Shown one piece after another: positions 12,101 through 25,131 of a DNA stretch of 64,000 bases (within the stretch, counting starts at the first letter, position 1; each line of letters starts with the position of its first letter). The stretch comes from Eutreptiella sp. 'Long Island Sound 2002' (Eukaryota; Protista; Euglenida). Position numbers and translations under genes: made by a program. The stretch is taken from the NCBI GenBank assembly GCA_964036045.1, contig OZ038378.1, positions 185,070,001 to 185,134,000 on the forward strand, written 5' to 3'. The notes beneath the pieces were generated by a model, which saw only the letters and a list, made by a program, of their open reading frames with translations, had not been told where the DNA came from and ran no database searches.

Positions 12101-12754
12101 CCCCCCTTCATTGCCGGGGAGCTAATCTTCTCATAGTGTGTACTGAACACGTGTTTACGAGCGGTGTGAGTAAATCTGTGTTTAAGACATGTCGCCTACT
12201 GAGACTGAGTTTTTGTTGGCTTCTGGCAACCCCAGGAACCATTCCTCACCCACCCACCCACCCCCACATCACATCTATTAACATCAGTCTTTTCAATTGT
12301 GCCATCTTGCTAGAGATGGCACAAGCAAGACACTGACGGCTCGCTCTTGCCTGTCCGGACCCATTATGCATGCATTTTGTCTGAGCTTGCCTTAAACTAT
12401 ACAAAGCTGTGCACTGATTTCATTGGGTTCACAAGGAGGAGCCCCCCCTTCCCCTCAGAACCCCTTACCCCTTCCCTCCCCCCGCTCAAAGACGAGTGGC
12501 AGGGGAGGGCCAGAAGGGCAGACAAGGTAGCCGGTCTAGCCCCATTACAGCATTGTGCTTTGCATGTGCTTTGAGTGGAAGCCGTTTTCATTGGTTCTGA
12601 TGTGATTGGGCGCCATGGCCAACGTTGCTGTACCCAACATGCACCCCCTCCATGTCCGCAAGCACAGCTTTGTCCAAGCACGGTGGCCCCATGTTGCGGT
12701 GGCTTTCAGGGACCTGAGCCGTGCCTGCACACTGGGTGGGATCAGGCAACCAGC

Positions 12755-12769
12755 CTTTTGACTTTACAG
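12755..12769 (+). promoter_or_regulatory. Putative splice (possibly spliced-leader trans-splice) acceptor 8 nt before the cysK ATG
   Basis: ccttttgactttacAG ending at 12769, ATG at 12778. The trans-splicing interpretation is inference from the probable euglenid context. Confidence 0.45.
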
Positions 12770-12777
12770 GGTCGCCA

Positions 12778-13887
12778 ATGATGATAGTTCTGCCCAACCC
12801 CCGCCTTGCAAGGAGGCTGGCGCACCAAGTGCGGCGCGTTGCCAGCCGGACCGCGGGAGTGGAATCAAATGCGAAGGAGTTGCTGGCGGCCAAAGTGTAC
12901 GAGGACAACTCTCTGGCCATCGGCAAGACGCCCCTGGTGCAGCTGAACCGGGTGACCTTCGGGTGCCAAGCCAAGAAGGTTCTGGCCAAGGTCGAGGGCC
13001 GCAACCCGGCGTACTCCGTGAAGTGCCGCATCGGGGCAGCAATGATCTGGGACGCAGAAGCGCGAGGCGACCTCCGGCCCGGCATGGCGATCGTGGAGCC
13101 GACTTCCGGAAACACGGGGATCGCGCTGGCCTTTGTCGCGGCGGCGCGCGGGTACGACTGCATCCTGACCATCCCCGAGAGCATGAGCGTGGAGCGGCGC
13201 AAGGTGATGAAGGCGTACGGGGCCAAGATCGTGCTCACTGAAGCCGCCTTGGGGATGAAGGGCGCCATCGGCGCTGCCGAGGAGTTGGTCCGGAGGGACC
13301 CCAACCGGTATTACATGCCGCAGCAGTTCAACAACCTCGCGAACCCCTGGATCCATGAGCTGACCACCGGCCCCGAGATCTGGGACGCGACGGACGGCGA
13401 CGTGGACGTGCTGGTGTCAGGCGTTGGGACCGGCGGCACGATTACGGGTGTGTCCAGGTTTTGGAAGCATCAGAAAGGCAAGCCCCTGCACAGTGTTGCC
13501 GTGGAGCCCATCCACTCCCCGATCCTCACTCAGTACCGCAATGGGGAGCCTCTCACGCCCAGCCCCCACAAAATCCAAGGCATCGGGGCGGGCTTTGTGC
13601 CTCGGGTTCTGGATATGGAGATGGTTGACGAGATCGAAACAGTCGATCAAGAGGCTGCCATCGTGATGGCCCGAAGGCTCGCCCAAGAGGAGGGCATGTT
13701 GGTGGGCATCAGCTGTGGTGCTGCTGCTCATGTGGCCGTGGCGCTAGCCCGCCAGGATCGCTTCAGGGATAAGACCATTTGCGTCGTCTTGCCGGATGCT
13801 GGGGAGCGGTACCTCACCACAACCCTTTTTGACAACGAGGTCTACAAGAACTTGGAATCCTCCAAGGCAGGCTCCGGACTTTTGTAA
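12778..13887 (+). CDS. cysK: Cysteine synthase A (O-acetylserine sulfhydrylase), intronless, 369 aa with Arg-rich N-terminal extension
   Basis: [27 protein letters not shown] (PLP lysine), [37 protein letters not shown]: colinear with E. coli-type CysK. Confidence 0.97.
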   Translation: MMIVLPNPRLARRLAHQVRRVASRTAGVESNAKELLAAKVYEDNSLAIGKTPLVQLNRVTFGCQAKKVLAKVEGRNPAYSVKCRIGAAMIWDAEARGDLRPGMAIVEPTSGNTGIALAFVAAARGYDCILTIPESMSVERRKVMKAYGAKIVLTEAALGMKGAIGAAEELVRRDPNRYYMPQQFNNLANPWIHELTTGPEIWDATDGDVDVLVSGVGTGGTITGVSRFWKHQKGKPLHSVAVEPIHSPILTQYRNGEPLTPSPHKIQGIGAGFVPRVLDMEMVDEIETVDQEAAIVMARRLAQEEGMLVGISCGAAAHVAVALARQDRFRDKTICVVLPDAGERYLTTTLFDNEVYKNLESSKAGSGLL

Positions 13888-16800
13888 GCTTCAGTGCAAG
13901 ATCCTGTCAGTCGTGGTTTACCTAACAGGCCGCCTGAGATATTACTGTTACTTGAGACCTGGTTTTACTGATACTTTTCTTTTGCATCTGCCAGTGCAGA
14001 GTTTCCTGGCGATTCGAATATTCCCCATTGTTTCGGAATATTGGAGCGGGGTTTTTTGGGGGACGCAGCTCAATTTATGCCTATACTGTCTTCTTTTCTC
14101 TCCGTGCCCTGGCAGAGACGTAGTCTCGCAACTGTGGCAAAGCCTTTTTTACCCATAGAAATATTCCAAATGGTTTGGAAATTCCTGAATCCATCCAAAT
14201 CACAACAATTTTCGTGTCAACGAATCTGTGACCAGCCCAGTGATCCATCCCTGGGCTGCAAACTTTGCCAAAGCTTTTCCTGGTAATTACCTGAAGGTGG
14301 CACTGGACCATTGCTTAGGAAAGTGTTGAAAATCGAACTGAACCACATTTCCTACCAATCCGTGTCTAGTCAACGAACCAAGTGCGGTTTAGACAATGGA
14401 CACTCATCGACGGTTGCTTGGCCCTTGGTTTTGCAAGTTACTTTTGGGCAGTACGACAGCAATAATCATTCTGACAAAGCATGTCATTGACACATACCGT
14501 GTGCACAATTGCCTGCTTCATCAAGTTTTTGGCGTCTGAAGGGGAGCACCTGACGCGGTGCGCGCGCGGCTTTTGGCATCATCTACGGGAAAGGTGTGCT
14601 GTTTCTGGGTCTAAAGTCTAATACACTTGCCAACAGCGAGTAGCATGCCGGGCACAGACCCTGAAAATTCGGAATGGCATTGTGTGGCAAAGAAACAGGA
14701 GGATGAGGGGATGTTTGGATGCGGGCTCAGCATCTCACCACCATCTTCGCTTCATGCAGGTCAACTGCTGGCCGCAAGGCCACCAACATGTTACTTTGCC
14801 AGCGAAGGCCTGTGGCCAGGGATTATATATGGGGATGGACGTGTTTGCATGAATGGTATTCTGCGATGGCTGGGTGGGTTGTGTCGGAGGTTGGGTTTCA
14901 CTGCCTTGCGATGTTTATGTTCACCTTTGCGGAACACACTGCTTTCTTCTGGGCAGCCCAGCACGGAGACACTTCCTCGCAAGCTCAATGGTGGCATTGT
15001 GAACACAGTCAGGGATGGGCGCCACCCCTCCTATTGGCTGGTTGTGTGATGCAGGGCTCATGCCTGGTGCGTTCACCCAAGGATTCAATGCTAGTACTTC
15101 AAGTTAGTCCATTTGTTGAGTGGGTGTGCACTGTTCTGTTGATCCACCCTGCTGGGGGATGTGCATGTGTACGTGTATGTTTACGTTGTGAGTACCCGAC
15201 GCAGAGACATTGTCCCGTCATTTATGCCAAATGTATCGTGTGTGTGGGCACATGCGCCCGTGTGTGTGTGTGTGTGCGTGTGCATGTTCCCAAACACACT
15301 GCCAGAGGCAATGAGCAGCACGTGCTGGCACCAGCATGCACCAACCTTACACTGGACTCAAACATATTGTGATACTCTCACTTCAAAACGTTCTGCGGGA
15401 AGACGTCCACTGCTAACCCTGTTGCAGGGCTTGCATCGCGAATTTATTGGCCCATGTCCAAAATTGCAGAGCAGTGTGGGTTTTTTCAGGAATTCACGCA
15501 GGCTGTGTGTCAGTGTCTTGCCTCCAGACCTAGATTGAATGAGCTCTCACATCAAGTTGTCAAGTAGTGTCCAGGCTTCGTACACTAATATACATGATGG
15601 TAGTACATAGGGACTGGCGCCCAAGACTTGTGAAAACCGTATGATGAGACAATAGTGGTACTGCTTGTCAAGTGATGAGCATGGTGGTCTTGTGGTGTTG
15701 TGGATATTGGCATATGGCACGAATGGCCTGGTCCATAATCATTGAATCCATCAGTGAACAATTTCTTGACAGACCTGTCTGCAAAGCCAGCATCAAACAA
15801 GGATTTGTTTTTTCAATTTTCGCAGGATTGTATGGTCTTTAGTATAATGACAGGTTGGTTTGCTCGTTTTTAAGGTCCTGCACTGGAATCACATTGGGCA
15901 CATTTCATTAAGTTCCACAATGTTTGGAAGGCTACACTTTGCAATGAATGCGACGGACAATTATTTTGCTGAGTGTATGACCCACATAATCCTGGGGATA
16001 AAACTGTAAATTAGGCACAACGCATATCACAGATGTTGTGCAAAATAGTTACAGATTTGGCCTTATGCTGCGTGCTCTGTCGAGAAGGGTTCAGGGTTCT
16101 GGTTTGCTTGGGGGTGTCTCAAGGTGAATTTAAATTCGGGGCTAAAGTGGGGATAGTTGGCACAAAAGTGGGTCGCTGGCCAAACACCCTTTCCTCACGT
16201 ACCTCCCTGATTGCTTGAGGTGGCCTCAAGGGGATACGATCCCCAAAAGCATACAGTGTCTGCCACAACCCTTCAGCACCATTGCCGTGCTTTTGGATAA
16301 ATCTAGAGGCCCATTTCTGAGGAGTTGTTGTGCAATCTCGCTGCTTGCTACCACACAATTGTCTGGGTGTCAAGCTCTTTCACCCCACTTGTGGTTCCCA
16401 CCCAATTGCATCACTATGGAGCACCCAGTTGGACCTACAATTTCAGAAACTGCTTTGTCATACATTTTCTTCCAAACCAGTTCCACCTAAACCAATGTAT
16501 ATTTGAGGGCGATGAGAAAACAACGTTCCGGCGGGCTCAGTTGGGTCTTTTCTGCCAGGGTGTACAGTGTGTCCCTCATGTGTGTGCGTGCGCACATGCG
16601 CACAAAATAGTCTACCATAGCTAGGGCCTAATTTTCGGGGTGTTTGGGGTGTTTGTGTGTGTGCGCGCGCGCGCGTGTGTGTGTGTGCTCAGATGGCTTT
16701 AATATCGCATTGCTTGTGGTGCTTCGTGGTTCTGGGGCCATATCATCGTGCGCATGCACATGCGCGCGCATGTGTATGTTCCGTGCCTGTTTGTTTTGCG

Positions 16801-18849
16801 TCAATCATGTGCACGTGCAAAATAGTCTCTTGTAGGTAGGTGCTAACAATGTTTCAACAAAAATTGTTTAAATCAAAATACGAGTACGCGGCAAGTTTCT
16901 GATTCCCCTTGATGTCCTGATTTGTTTTTGGGAAATCGGGGCATGATGGATACAGGTGGGCTGATTTGACAAAATGTTTTAATGTGCCATCAAAGGCAAC
17001 AATTCAGTGCTGTGGACCTCAAATGGTTGATTCGAACTAACGCTCTTTTTCCTGTTTTCGGAACCTTGGGAATGCCGTGCACGCAGTGCAAATTTTTGTA
17101 TGTTGGCAACTACTTGAACCTTAGTTTTGGGCTTTTTTCACTAGTTGGTTGTTTTATAACACAATTTTTTACGTTAGTCCCTCAACCATGGACCGCACAC
17201 CCAACACGGCGGACACCCATAGACACATCACCAAATCCAAACTTGCCACCTTAGGTAGTAGGCAAAGGAGACACGGAATGGTAAAGCACATATACAAACA
17301 ACCATTGCGCGGTGAAAACACCCACTTGGGGCAACACCTTCAATGAACTTCACAACCATTAAGATTCCAAAACAATTACTCATAGCTTGAGTCATTTGTG
17401 GAACATGGCTTACATATAGCTCTAATTGGAATCTTTTGTTCTTATTTGTTTTGCACCAAGCAAAGATTCATGACACCTCAGCTGCTATGCACGAAGAATA
17501 ACATATTATATGATCATTATATTATATTTTGCCAGATAAGACAATAATGTCCAATCCATGATATCTAAGATTTTCAAATCGTGTTACAAACTACTTATTT
17601 GAATACTTCCAAAAGCACATCGCAATTGTCGGTGTAGGTGCTTTCGTGGATAGTTGACATTTGCTCATAGTATGCGACGATATACACTTCTTTAGACATG
17701 AAAAAAAAACAGAAGCTGTATTGCCTTTTAGACAACATTTTACCACAATTTCATGTTATCTCTTTGTCTGCGCCACACAACATGTACCTGCTTCGTTCAT
17801 CTTCATTGTGGCGTCAAACTATTCAAAATGTTGCACTTTGAACAAAACTTCAACTACAAAAAGCATTCGTACGGGGCAAGCATCGAAACAGATTGAACAA
17901 CAAACACATTATAGACGGCAAAATTTGTATTTGGAGACAACGGTATTGTCCACAAAAGCTTGATCTTTGCCAAGACCTTTATGGTGTTTGGAAACCAAAA
18001 AAGTGTCTTTCAAGTTTGAACATTTTGAATCCTATTTTTTTTGGTGCATGGGGGTTGCCCCCCGGCGAGCATAACACAAAAGCGGCCTAACCACGGGCAA
18101 GTGAGCCCGTGGTGATTTTGAATCCTATGTTGTCACTCCATAAAACGTTCTTACTTGAATTTGACAAAAGTAATCCATGATGGCGCGTAGTCAACAACGA
18201 TTGCTAGATTTCGAAGCTATGACGACCGTTCCGAGGTCGACCTTAGAGACATTATGAATTCAAATAAGTATTCTTCGGCTTTTTCTGAAAATATTTTGTA
18301 GCTTCCGTGGCGGGTTAGCTCTTCCCTTGTTGATGAGTCACTGGCAACCACAATTGTGTATTGAACTGAATGTGAACTCAAGCGCAAGAAACCGGTGCGC
18401 AAAAAAGCAAAAAAGAAGTTGTTGAAAATAAGTGAAAAATCATGGATAACAACCTTCAACGAGCCGCAAATTGATGATGACGCCGGGAACGAACCTATGA
18501 CAAAGTGCATTTATCACGATGAAAATCTTGCAACCTTACATAGGCCTATGAGATATCCAAATTTGGACTATCTAGCAGGGAGATGGGAATGGGGCGGAGA
18601 ATGGGATAAAATGGGAGAGAATAGGGAGAAATAGAAAGCTCCGCCACACTCGATAGTTGTTGCACTTTCTAGAAGCCACTATGCATTTGCTATGCATAGG
18701 TAATGCCAATACGTATGATATTGTCTACATGGGTGTAGTGACTTCTATTGCCACTTTTTGCAATTTGTGGTGTTGCATCAAAAGCAAGTAAGGACGCAAA
18801 GAGGAAAAGCATGCTCATCAATGGCGGATCGATGGATCACGTAACAACG

Positions 18850-19090
18850 TTCTGTCTACAATGGGCACATGTCTACGGTGCTGCAACTGAGTAAAAGCCA
18901 AAGTTTTTCATGGAAAATTGTCCTTGAAGCTTTTGCACCTTTGCCAAAAACTAATGTTTGCGGAAGGACATGGGTTAACACATACAAGTCTGCAAATGTG
19001 GATTCACAAACCCCATTGCACTTGGCAGTCAATTGCATCTCCAAAGATGAGGCCTTTTTCCACAAGCCCTTCAACTTCGTCGATGACTAG
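18850..19090 (+). pseudogene. Ankyrin-repeat-like relic in an AT-rich region
   Basis: A single frame gives T*QRSVYNGHMSTVLQL and NVDSQTPLHLAVN, both resembling the ankyrin TPLHxA..GH consensus; stop-interrupted. Confidence 0.35.
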
Positions 19091-19964
19091 GCATCCAAGA
19101 GCCAGCCAAGGGTCACAACCTCTCGCTTGGCCATGAATAATGTACACCCGCATGAGGCCCAAATGGCCGAGTGTGCATTCTATATGAAAGGGCTCTAAAC
19201 ATGAGGTCGAGTGGTACGAAATAACAAACAACCGAAGCAAAGAACAAAAATACTAAATCGTATCCGTCACAGAAAATCCCGCTTCCAAGTATGTCCTCAA
19301 CCAAAATTGGAGAACCACGAGAAAATAATTATTGTGCCAAAATGAGGAAATAAGACCCATTTATGTTCATTCCTTTTTTTCTCAGTTTTCATCAAGGTTA
19401 CCAAATTTTTTATAGGACCGTGAAGAAAACACTTGGTATGCCAATATCTGGTGGATAAATGGAGAAAATCCGAGGTATCTAAAAGTATCCGGAAAATGGG
19501 ATACATCCTAGCCTTGCTTACATGACCTGAGCTTGATGGTATTTAGAAAACCTTGAGAAATAATCAACACTATGCATGCACACTATGCTATTTGGTGCTT
19601 AAAACGATCATAAAAAAGACCACAAACAAGGTTGACTTCGTCAACTTTGACCAAACCAACACGCCTTTACAAGTGCACCGCGCCTTTTTGCCGCTTTGTC
19701 CTACTCTAATTGAAATGGTCTTCGGGTCAATAGACCTATTCTCTATGTGTCAAGTCTGTGCTCACCATCCTATGTTCAAATGATAGCTATATGGGCCGGC
19801 TACAGCGTTATTTTCGCAGGCAGCCCTTGGGAGGGGAGAGGGGTATGAAAAATTTTTCCATACACATTTGCCCAAAATTTCCTTTAAATGAAGCCGTTTC
19901 AAGGTGCATGGGTGGTTTATGTATAATAATTTGTGATTCCAAGGGTGTTGGTGAAATTCAACGT

Positions 19965-20046
19965 ACACCCTCCCCCCCTTGTCCAAGCACTGCCAAAGGC
20001 ACAAAAAAAAAAGACGGTTTCACCAGGTAGTGGTGCTTGGACAAGG
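19965..20046 (-). mobile_element. Copy of hairpin + G-run terminal repeat family
   Basis: ccttgtccaagcac...gtgcttggacaagg with the C-run on the left; reverse complement matches 1467-1541. Confidence 0.6.
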
Positions 20047-20337
20047 CCGGTGACTGCGCGCGGCACCCCTAGTCAAGAATTGTTTTCAACTTGTGACGTG
20101 TCTCCTAGATCCTAGGGTGTGTCTGCCACAAAAGCAAAGACACATTCAGCACAACTCTGGACTCTGTCAACCTGCATCACAATTTCTCATGTCATGGGTT
20201 GATTCAGTGACAGGGAACTACATGGGCTCAGAATAGAACCCAGTGCCCCGCTTGTATCGCATGCGGATCAATTGCACATGCTGTGCAGCAGATTTGGCTG
20301 CAGCTTTGGTAGGTGCCTTCGTGCGCTTGGGTGCAGG

Positions 20338-20775
20338 CAATACCCGACTTTACAAAGTGCAGGCATGACATACCAGACAATCTCAGGCTGCACCATATTG
20401 GACTTGGAACATTCAGAGAAAAGAAAATTTGTATTGAAAAATCAAACACATGACACCGAGGATGGTGCATTATTGATCCAATACTGCTGGCAAGCCAGTG
20501 AAAGATTGTACGAATTGTTTTAACAAGCAGTGTTGCAACCACAAATGCAGATGAAAAGCACAAAAGACAAGATACTCCGGCTAGACCAACTAGGTTGGGT
20601 CTCTCTGCCTGTGAAAAGAGGTCCCCACTTAGCGACCAGAACACACTGCTTGTGTAGACAGGCAAACGGTGGGCATTGATGTCAATGATCTTCCATGTAT
20701 TTACTGGGGATCAATCAATACCTGACTTTACAAAATGCAGGCATGATGTACCAGACAATCTCAGGCTACTCCATA
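20338..20775. repeat. ~60-bp direct repeat pair
   Basis: caatacc(c/t)gactttacaaa(g/a)tgcaggcatga..ccagacaatctcaggct at ~20338 and ~20714. Confidence 0.75.
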
Positions 20776-21611
20776 GTTGTATTTTATTGGATATTGTGCA
20801 TTGTGCTTTGGTATAGAGTACGGCCTCATTGCAAAGGAAAGTTTATTGTGGGAGAATGTATGAGCAGGTCACGAATTACTTTCTCTTCCTCTGTTTTGTG
20901 CGATTGCATCTATTTTGGCTTCGTGCTTGCATTTTTTTAACCTTTTGCTGTCTCCCCAGTCTGCCCCACCGTTCAGATTCTTTGCTCAGACTTTGTTTAA
21001 AGGCATTATTTGGTGCACAAAGACAAATGGTATTGCTTCGTAGAGGTTGTTTTCAAGCGCTACTCAATAGGTGCACAATTTTGCCCATAATTTCATGCTC
21101 AAGTTTTACTCTCTCCAAATATCTTCATATGGTGGTCAACATAGGCGGACCAAGGTGCACACAAGGAGGGATGCTGGTTCTGTAGTTGTTTGGCATGTCC
21201 AAAACTCCAAGGCATTTTACCCCTTCTCCACAACGAAGGTGTTTTGTGCATCATTTGCACAGTGGCAAGTCCCGACACCATCAAGTGGGTTACATCATCT
21301 TCTTAATGTAGTGCGTACTGCAAAGCACGTTCTGCAAATGCTCAGCCATCTGCTCCGGTCTTGTTGGCATTCTTTGGTATTCTTTGCTTTGTCTTTTGTT
21401 TTTCAGGGTTGATTAAGGAATGTGGATGATTCATCCGGTGGGGTGCCCCTAGGAACTGCATTTCCAGGAATTTTTTTCCATCCCCCTCCTGATGACACCA
21501 TTAGCATGTATGCATGTCAGCGTGTATGCCAGAGCCTTTGGGGGCGTTTTCGCACAGCGCCAATTATTACGGTGATTATCCAGGTAACAACCCTGAAAAC
21601 CACCCACCTGC

Positions 21612-21832
21612 GGAATCATGCACAATCAATTCAAAACTCAAAAATTCAAACATCTGATGCTTGCCATGGGTCCCAGGGATCTAAATTCTGCCCCCTATAG
21701 CCCCGTCCACTGCAGCAGCCATTCAATGACGTCCTTTCAATCTTCTGAACTTACCGAACTCCCGGTGGTGGAGAACAGCCAACTTTTCGCACAGCGCGCG
21801 CACAGCGCGTGCACAGCGCACGATACGCCCCC
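21612..21832 (+). repeat. Intact copy of a ~220-bp dispersed element; a second copy is split and partly inverted at 33777-33930 (+) and 34181-34236 (-)
   Basis: Direct sequence comparison: ggaatcatgcac..gcttgccat|gggtcccaggg..acgccccc. Confidence 0.85.
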
Positions 21833-23026
21833 TTTGGAAAAGACTCCTGCATGTGCATTCCTCTGTTGTGTGCATGCACGAGCAAACCACATAAGACGAG
21901 CACCAGCAGATGAGGAACCCTCATGTTGCACTGCCAGTAAAACTGATACCGTGCGAAACGGACACCATGAGTGTGATTGCACCCATTGGCTCCCCTCACA
22001 GTAGTGTGACCGTGCAAGCACAATCTGTAGCACGATGGTATTTCCCCCGATGACGCAAACGTTACGGTATGCTCTGCGATGCCAGTGACAGTGCGGCTAG
22101 ATTCCCTCACTCCGGCGCTTGACTAAAGGAATGAAATGTAGCAGCTAAAAATTCAGGACGCAAGACCTGTAATGTAACCAGTGACCTGGGGTGGGCCACA
22201 GCTAGGGTTTTGGGAGATGAGGCATGTGTTCACACTTCTATGGGAATTTAAAGTGTCCCAAGGAATGCAGTTCCAATAAAATTCCTTCCAGCGTCTTCTG
22301 TGTCTTTGCAAACATCATAGTTAGCTTGCTCTTACCCTCCTTGGGCATATGGCCTGGCCAAAATGCAAAACTGGAGTCCAACGGGCTCCCCAACTTTGGA
22401 CAAGCAGGTACTTAGGCAGGGGCCGGCAGCCGAGGGGGGGGGGGGGTCGACAGTTAGTGAACCGCTTTCGTTGTCCACGTCAAGGCGATTGTTGGTTTCC
22501 TGTCGCCAGTCGACACTTGGACAGCCAAGCAGAGTCAGGGTCGCCTTGGCTCTGCCGAGGATGCAGGTCAATGTAGGGATTGTGTTCGCATCTCGGATTC
22601 CGGGATGCCTGTGTTTTTTCGCAACCGTGATCGAAAATGGGGGAAATGCAAGGTATCAGTATGTATCCGGTAGACTGGGAACGTAGGAACCCTGCACTTG
22701 GTACAGAGCAGGCTCTCGAGTCCCAAATCCATGGCCCGCAAGTTGACAACCGGCAGCGCTGCATCGTGCTTCACAAATGGGGGCCGTTGCAACATTCTGG
22801 AATCGGCGGGCGGGTGCATGGGCAGCCTCCTGCGCCCGTGTGCTCCTCTGCATCTCCTCTCCTGACCCGCGCTGGCGCGCCACCCTCTCTTGAACCCCCG
22901 TCACAAAACACCAACACTACGCCCACCGCAACGCTCCTGTCGCTGATGTGCTGAGCACGAGCTGTGCATGTGGGGAGACGCTGGTCACGGCATGTGGAGC
23001 GTCGCTGCATTGTACGTGGCCCACCC

Positions 23027-23644
23027 TCAGGCCTCCTTCGTGGCAATGCCCGCCAGGTGGGGAGACAGCAGGAAGTGCTGGCGCGGCGGGCCGTCTCGCG
23101 GGCGCCAGCCTCGATTGGATGCCGGGCTACCTCCCGCCGGCGACAGCTGCCGGTCCAGCGTTTGGCCCAGCGTGAAATACGAGCTCTGCACATCGGAGAA
23201 GCCTGCGCGCTCGATGAGCGGCAGCGGGTTGCGCGTCAAGTGGCACCCGTCGGCAAACGCCTGCTGCAGCGGGTCGTAGAACGCCTGCAGGCCCCGCAGG
23301 ACGGAGCCTCTGGGGGCGGCGACGTGCTCGATGAACAAGTACCGCCCGCCCGGGCGCAGGATGCGATGGATCTCGCGCGCCGCGGCCTCCACGTCCCGCA
23401 CGCTGCACATCACCATCGTGGCCACCACGACGTCGAACGAGGCCGAGGGCAGGGGCAGCTCCTCGGCAAAGGCCCCCACGAGCTCCAGACGGCTGCGGTC
23501 GGCGGTGTCGAGGCCGCAGAGGCGGGCCTCCTCAAGGGCAATGGGGTGCATCGCGAGGTTGGGCTCCACCCCCACGACGCGGGACACACCCGCGTCCGCG
23601 AAGTAGCGCAGCGACGGCCCAGTGCCAATGCCCACCTCGACCAC
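23027..23644 (-). CDS. METTL7-like (Methyltransf_11) class I SAM-dependent methyltransferase exon 3
   Basis: Acceptor cag at 23647-23645; VVEVGIGTG (motif I), VEPN, SFDVVV, LRPGGRYLFIEHV, DGCHLTR, typical of the METTL7/TMT1 family; TGA at 23029-23027. Confidence 0.92.
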   Translation of the reverse strand: MVEVGIGTGPSLRYFADAGVSRVVGVEPNLAMHPIALEEARLCGLDTADRSRLELVGAFAEELPLPSASFDVVVATMVMCSVRDVEAAAREIHRILRPGGRYLFIEHVAAPRGSVLRGLQAFYDPLQQAFADGCHLTRNPLPLIERAGFSDVQSSYFTLGQTLDRQLSPAGGSPASNRGWRPRDGPPRQHFLLSPHLAGIATKEA

Positions 23645-23763
23645 CTGACGGCGCAGGGGCCACGCGGCAACACACGAGAACGTGCAGGCTCATGTGCGTG
23701 TGCCCGTGGGTTCGTGAAGGGCAGAGCCCCAACGGGGGCTTGTGCAGGAACAAATGTGTTTGT

Positions 23764-23800
23764 TGGTGGTGGTGGTGGTGGTGGTGGTGGTGGTGGTGGT
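23764..23800. repeat. (GGT)n microsatellite in methyltransferase intron
   Basis: About 12 uninterrupted GGT units. Confidence 0.9.
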
Positions 23801-24244
23801 GAGCATCGCAGGGCTTTTTTATTGGGTGTGGGGGGTGGGTCCAGCCGCGCCCCCTCCCCCCAGTGGTGCTCAGTTTTTAGAGGCGCCGAAGGCGTCCTAG
23901 GACCCGCGGAGTCGCCCCCCCCCGTGGGGTGGGTCCAGGGGGGCTGGGGGGGTGGTGCCGGGTTGTTAAAAAGGAGCCCTGCGGTGGTGGTGCGCATCAA
24001 TACTATTCCTCAGGGGACATATTCCTTTTTGTGGTTTGTTCGGAGGGGCAAACGATTTCTCCTTCGGTGTCTGTTGTGCCCCACCGGCGCGGGGGTCGTT
24101 GGCCGGGTGCAGTGTGTTGGTTGTTCACCATGGCCCTTTGGACCGCGATGCGTTGCGTGCATGTGTATGACCCCCAATGTACGACCCAGTGCCCCCCAAG
24201 CCCCTTCCCCCCCCCCCCCCCCGCCCCCCCCCCCACGTACACAC

Positions 24245-24655
24245 CTCTTTGCCTGCTAGCGGGACCGATCCGAAGAGCGTCTCCTTCACGCCGGCCATGC
24301 GCCGCTCGTAGTCGCGCATCCCGTTGTGCATGACTTCAGCGAAACGTGCGTCTGACCACAACGCTGCTGGGGTGCTTGCTCTCGCCCCCCGGGTGCAACC
24401 GGCGTGAGAGCAAACCACACCACCAGCCAACATCTCGCGCCTCCCATATATAGCATTGCAGGAGGGGCAATCTGACGCCACGGACTCGGGGTCGCGGCCC
24501 TGCGATGACATCACGTCGCGCGCGCGTGCCTCAAGGTTGCCGTTTGTTGCGCTTTGTTGCCCCACCGCGTTGGCTTGAGTGTTGACGAGGGCCCCCTGAA
24601 GCGCAAGCCGATGCAGTGGTGAGATTAGCATCGTTGATTGAATCGCAATTTGCTT
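24245..24655 (-). CDS. METTL7-like methyltransferase exon 2
   Basis: Pyrimidine tract plus tag acceptor (24657-24656); KQIAIQSTMLISP..CPSC..GRREML..WSDARFAEVMHNGMRDYERRMAGVKETLF..KE; donor GAG|gtgtgt at 24245/24244. Confidence 0.8.
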
Positions 24656-25131
24656 CTACGAGACACCGACAAAGGAAAGGCATTGAAGCACAAACCAAAC
24701 GACCCCACATAAAGACATTGGAGCACAAACACTGAGGGGAGAAGGGAAGCCAATACCACCGGGGGAATAATTTGAGGGGTTTTTTTTGGGAGGGCTAAAA
24801 TTAGGGGGGGAAACATTTGGAACTGGTCCTTAGAAATGAAGGAAAAATTTGGTATAAGGTCCCTTGCTGTTGCTTCATAGTGGATGGCTGCTGTTATTTC
24901 CTGGTGGCCTCTGGATGGTTGCTGTCCTTTGACACATCGCATCCTTAAAATTGAAGGAAATATTTGGTACGAGGTAGGGCTTCCGAATTTGTCCACATCA
25001 AATTTGTCCCTTTCTAAAAATTTCCCCCGGTGGTAGATAACAAGCGAGGTGATAATTAATCTGGCAAGTAATTTAGTCGTATACACATTGACAAGAACAC
25101 GGATTGCAGACGAAAGTCGGAAGCAATGTAC

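Noticed and set aside
14938-15040. TAFFWAAQHG ankyrin-like motif
   Set aside because: Single motif with wrong spacing to the next candidate; could be chance.
18090-18130. Perfect 9-bp GC hairpin (accacgggc/gcccgtggt) as a Helitron 3' end
   Set aside because: Followed by CTAT rather than CTRR; no 5' TC end or Rep/helicase remnant seen.
22964-24259. 431-aa plus-strand ORF and similar long GC-rich ORFs (e.g. 17-745 minus, 12588-13304 minus)
   Set aside because: Antisense or alternate-frame shadows of real GC-rich exons; no recognisable motifs.
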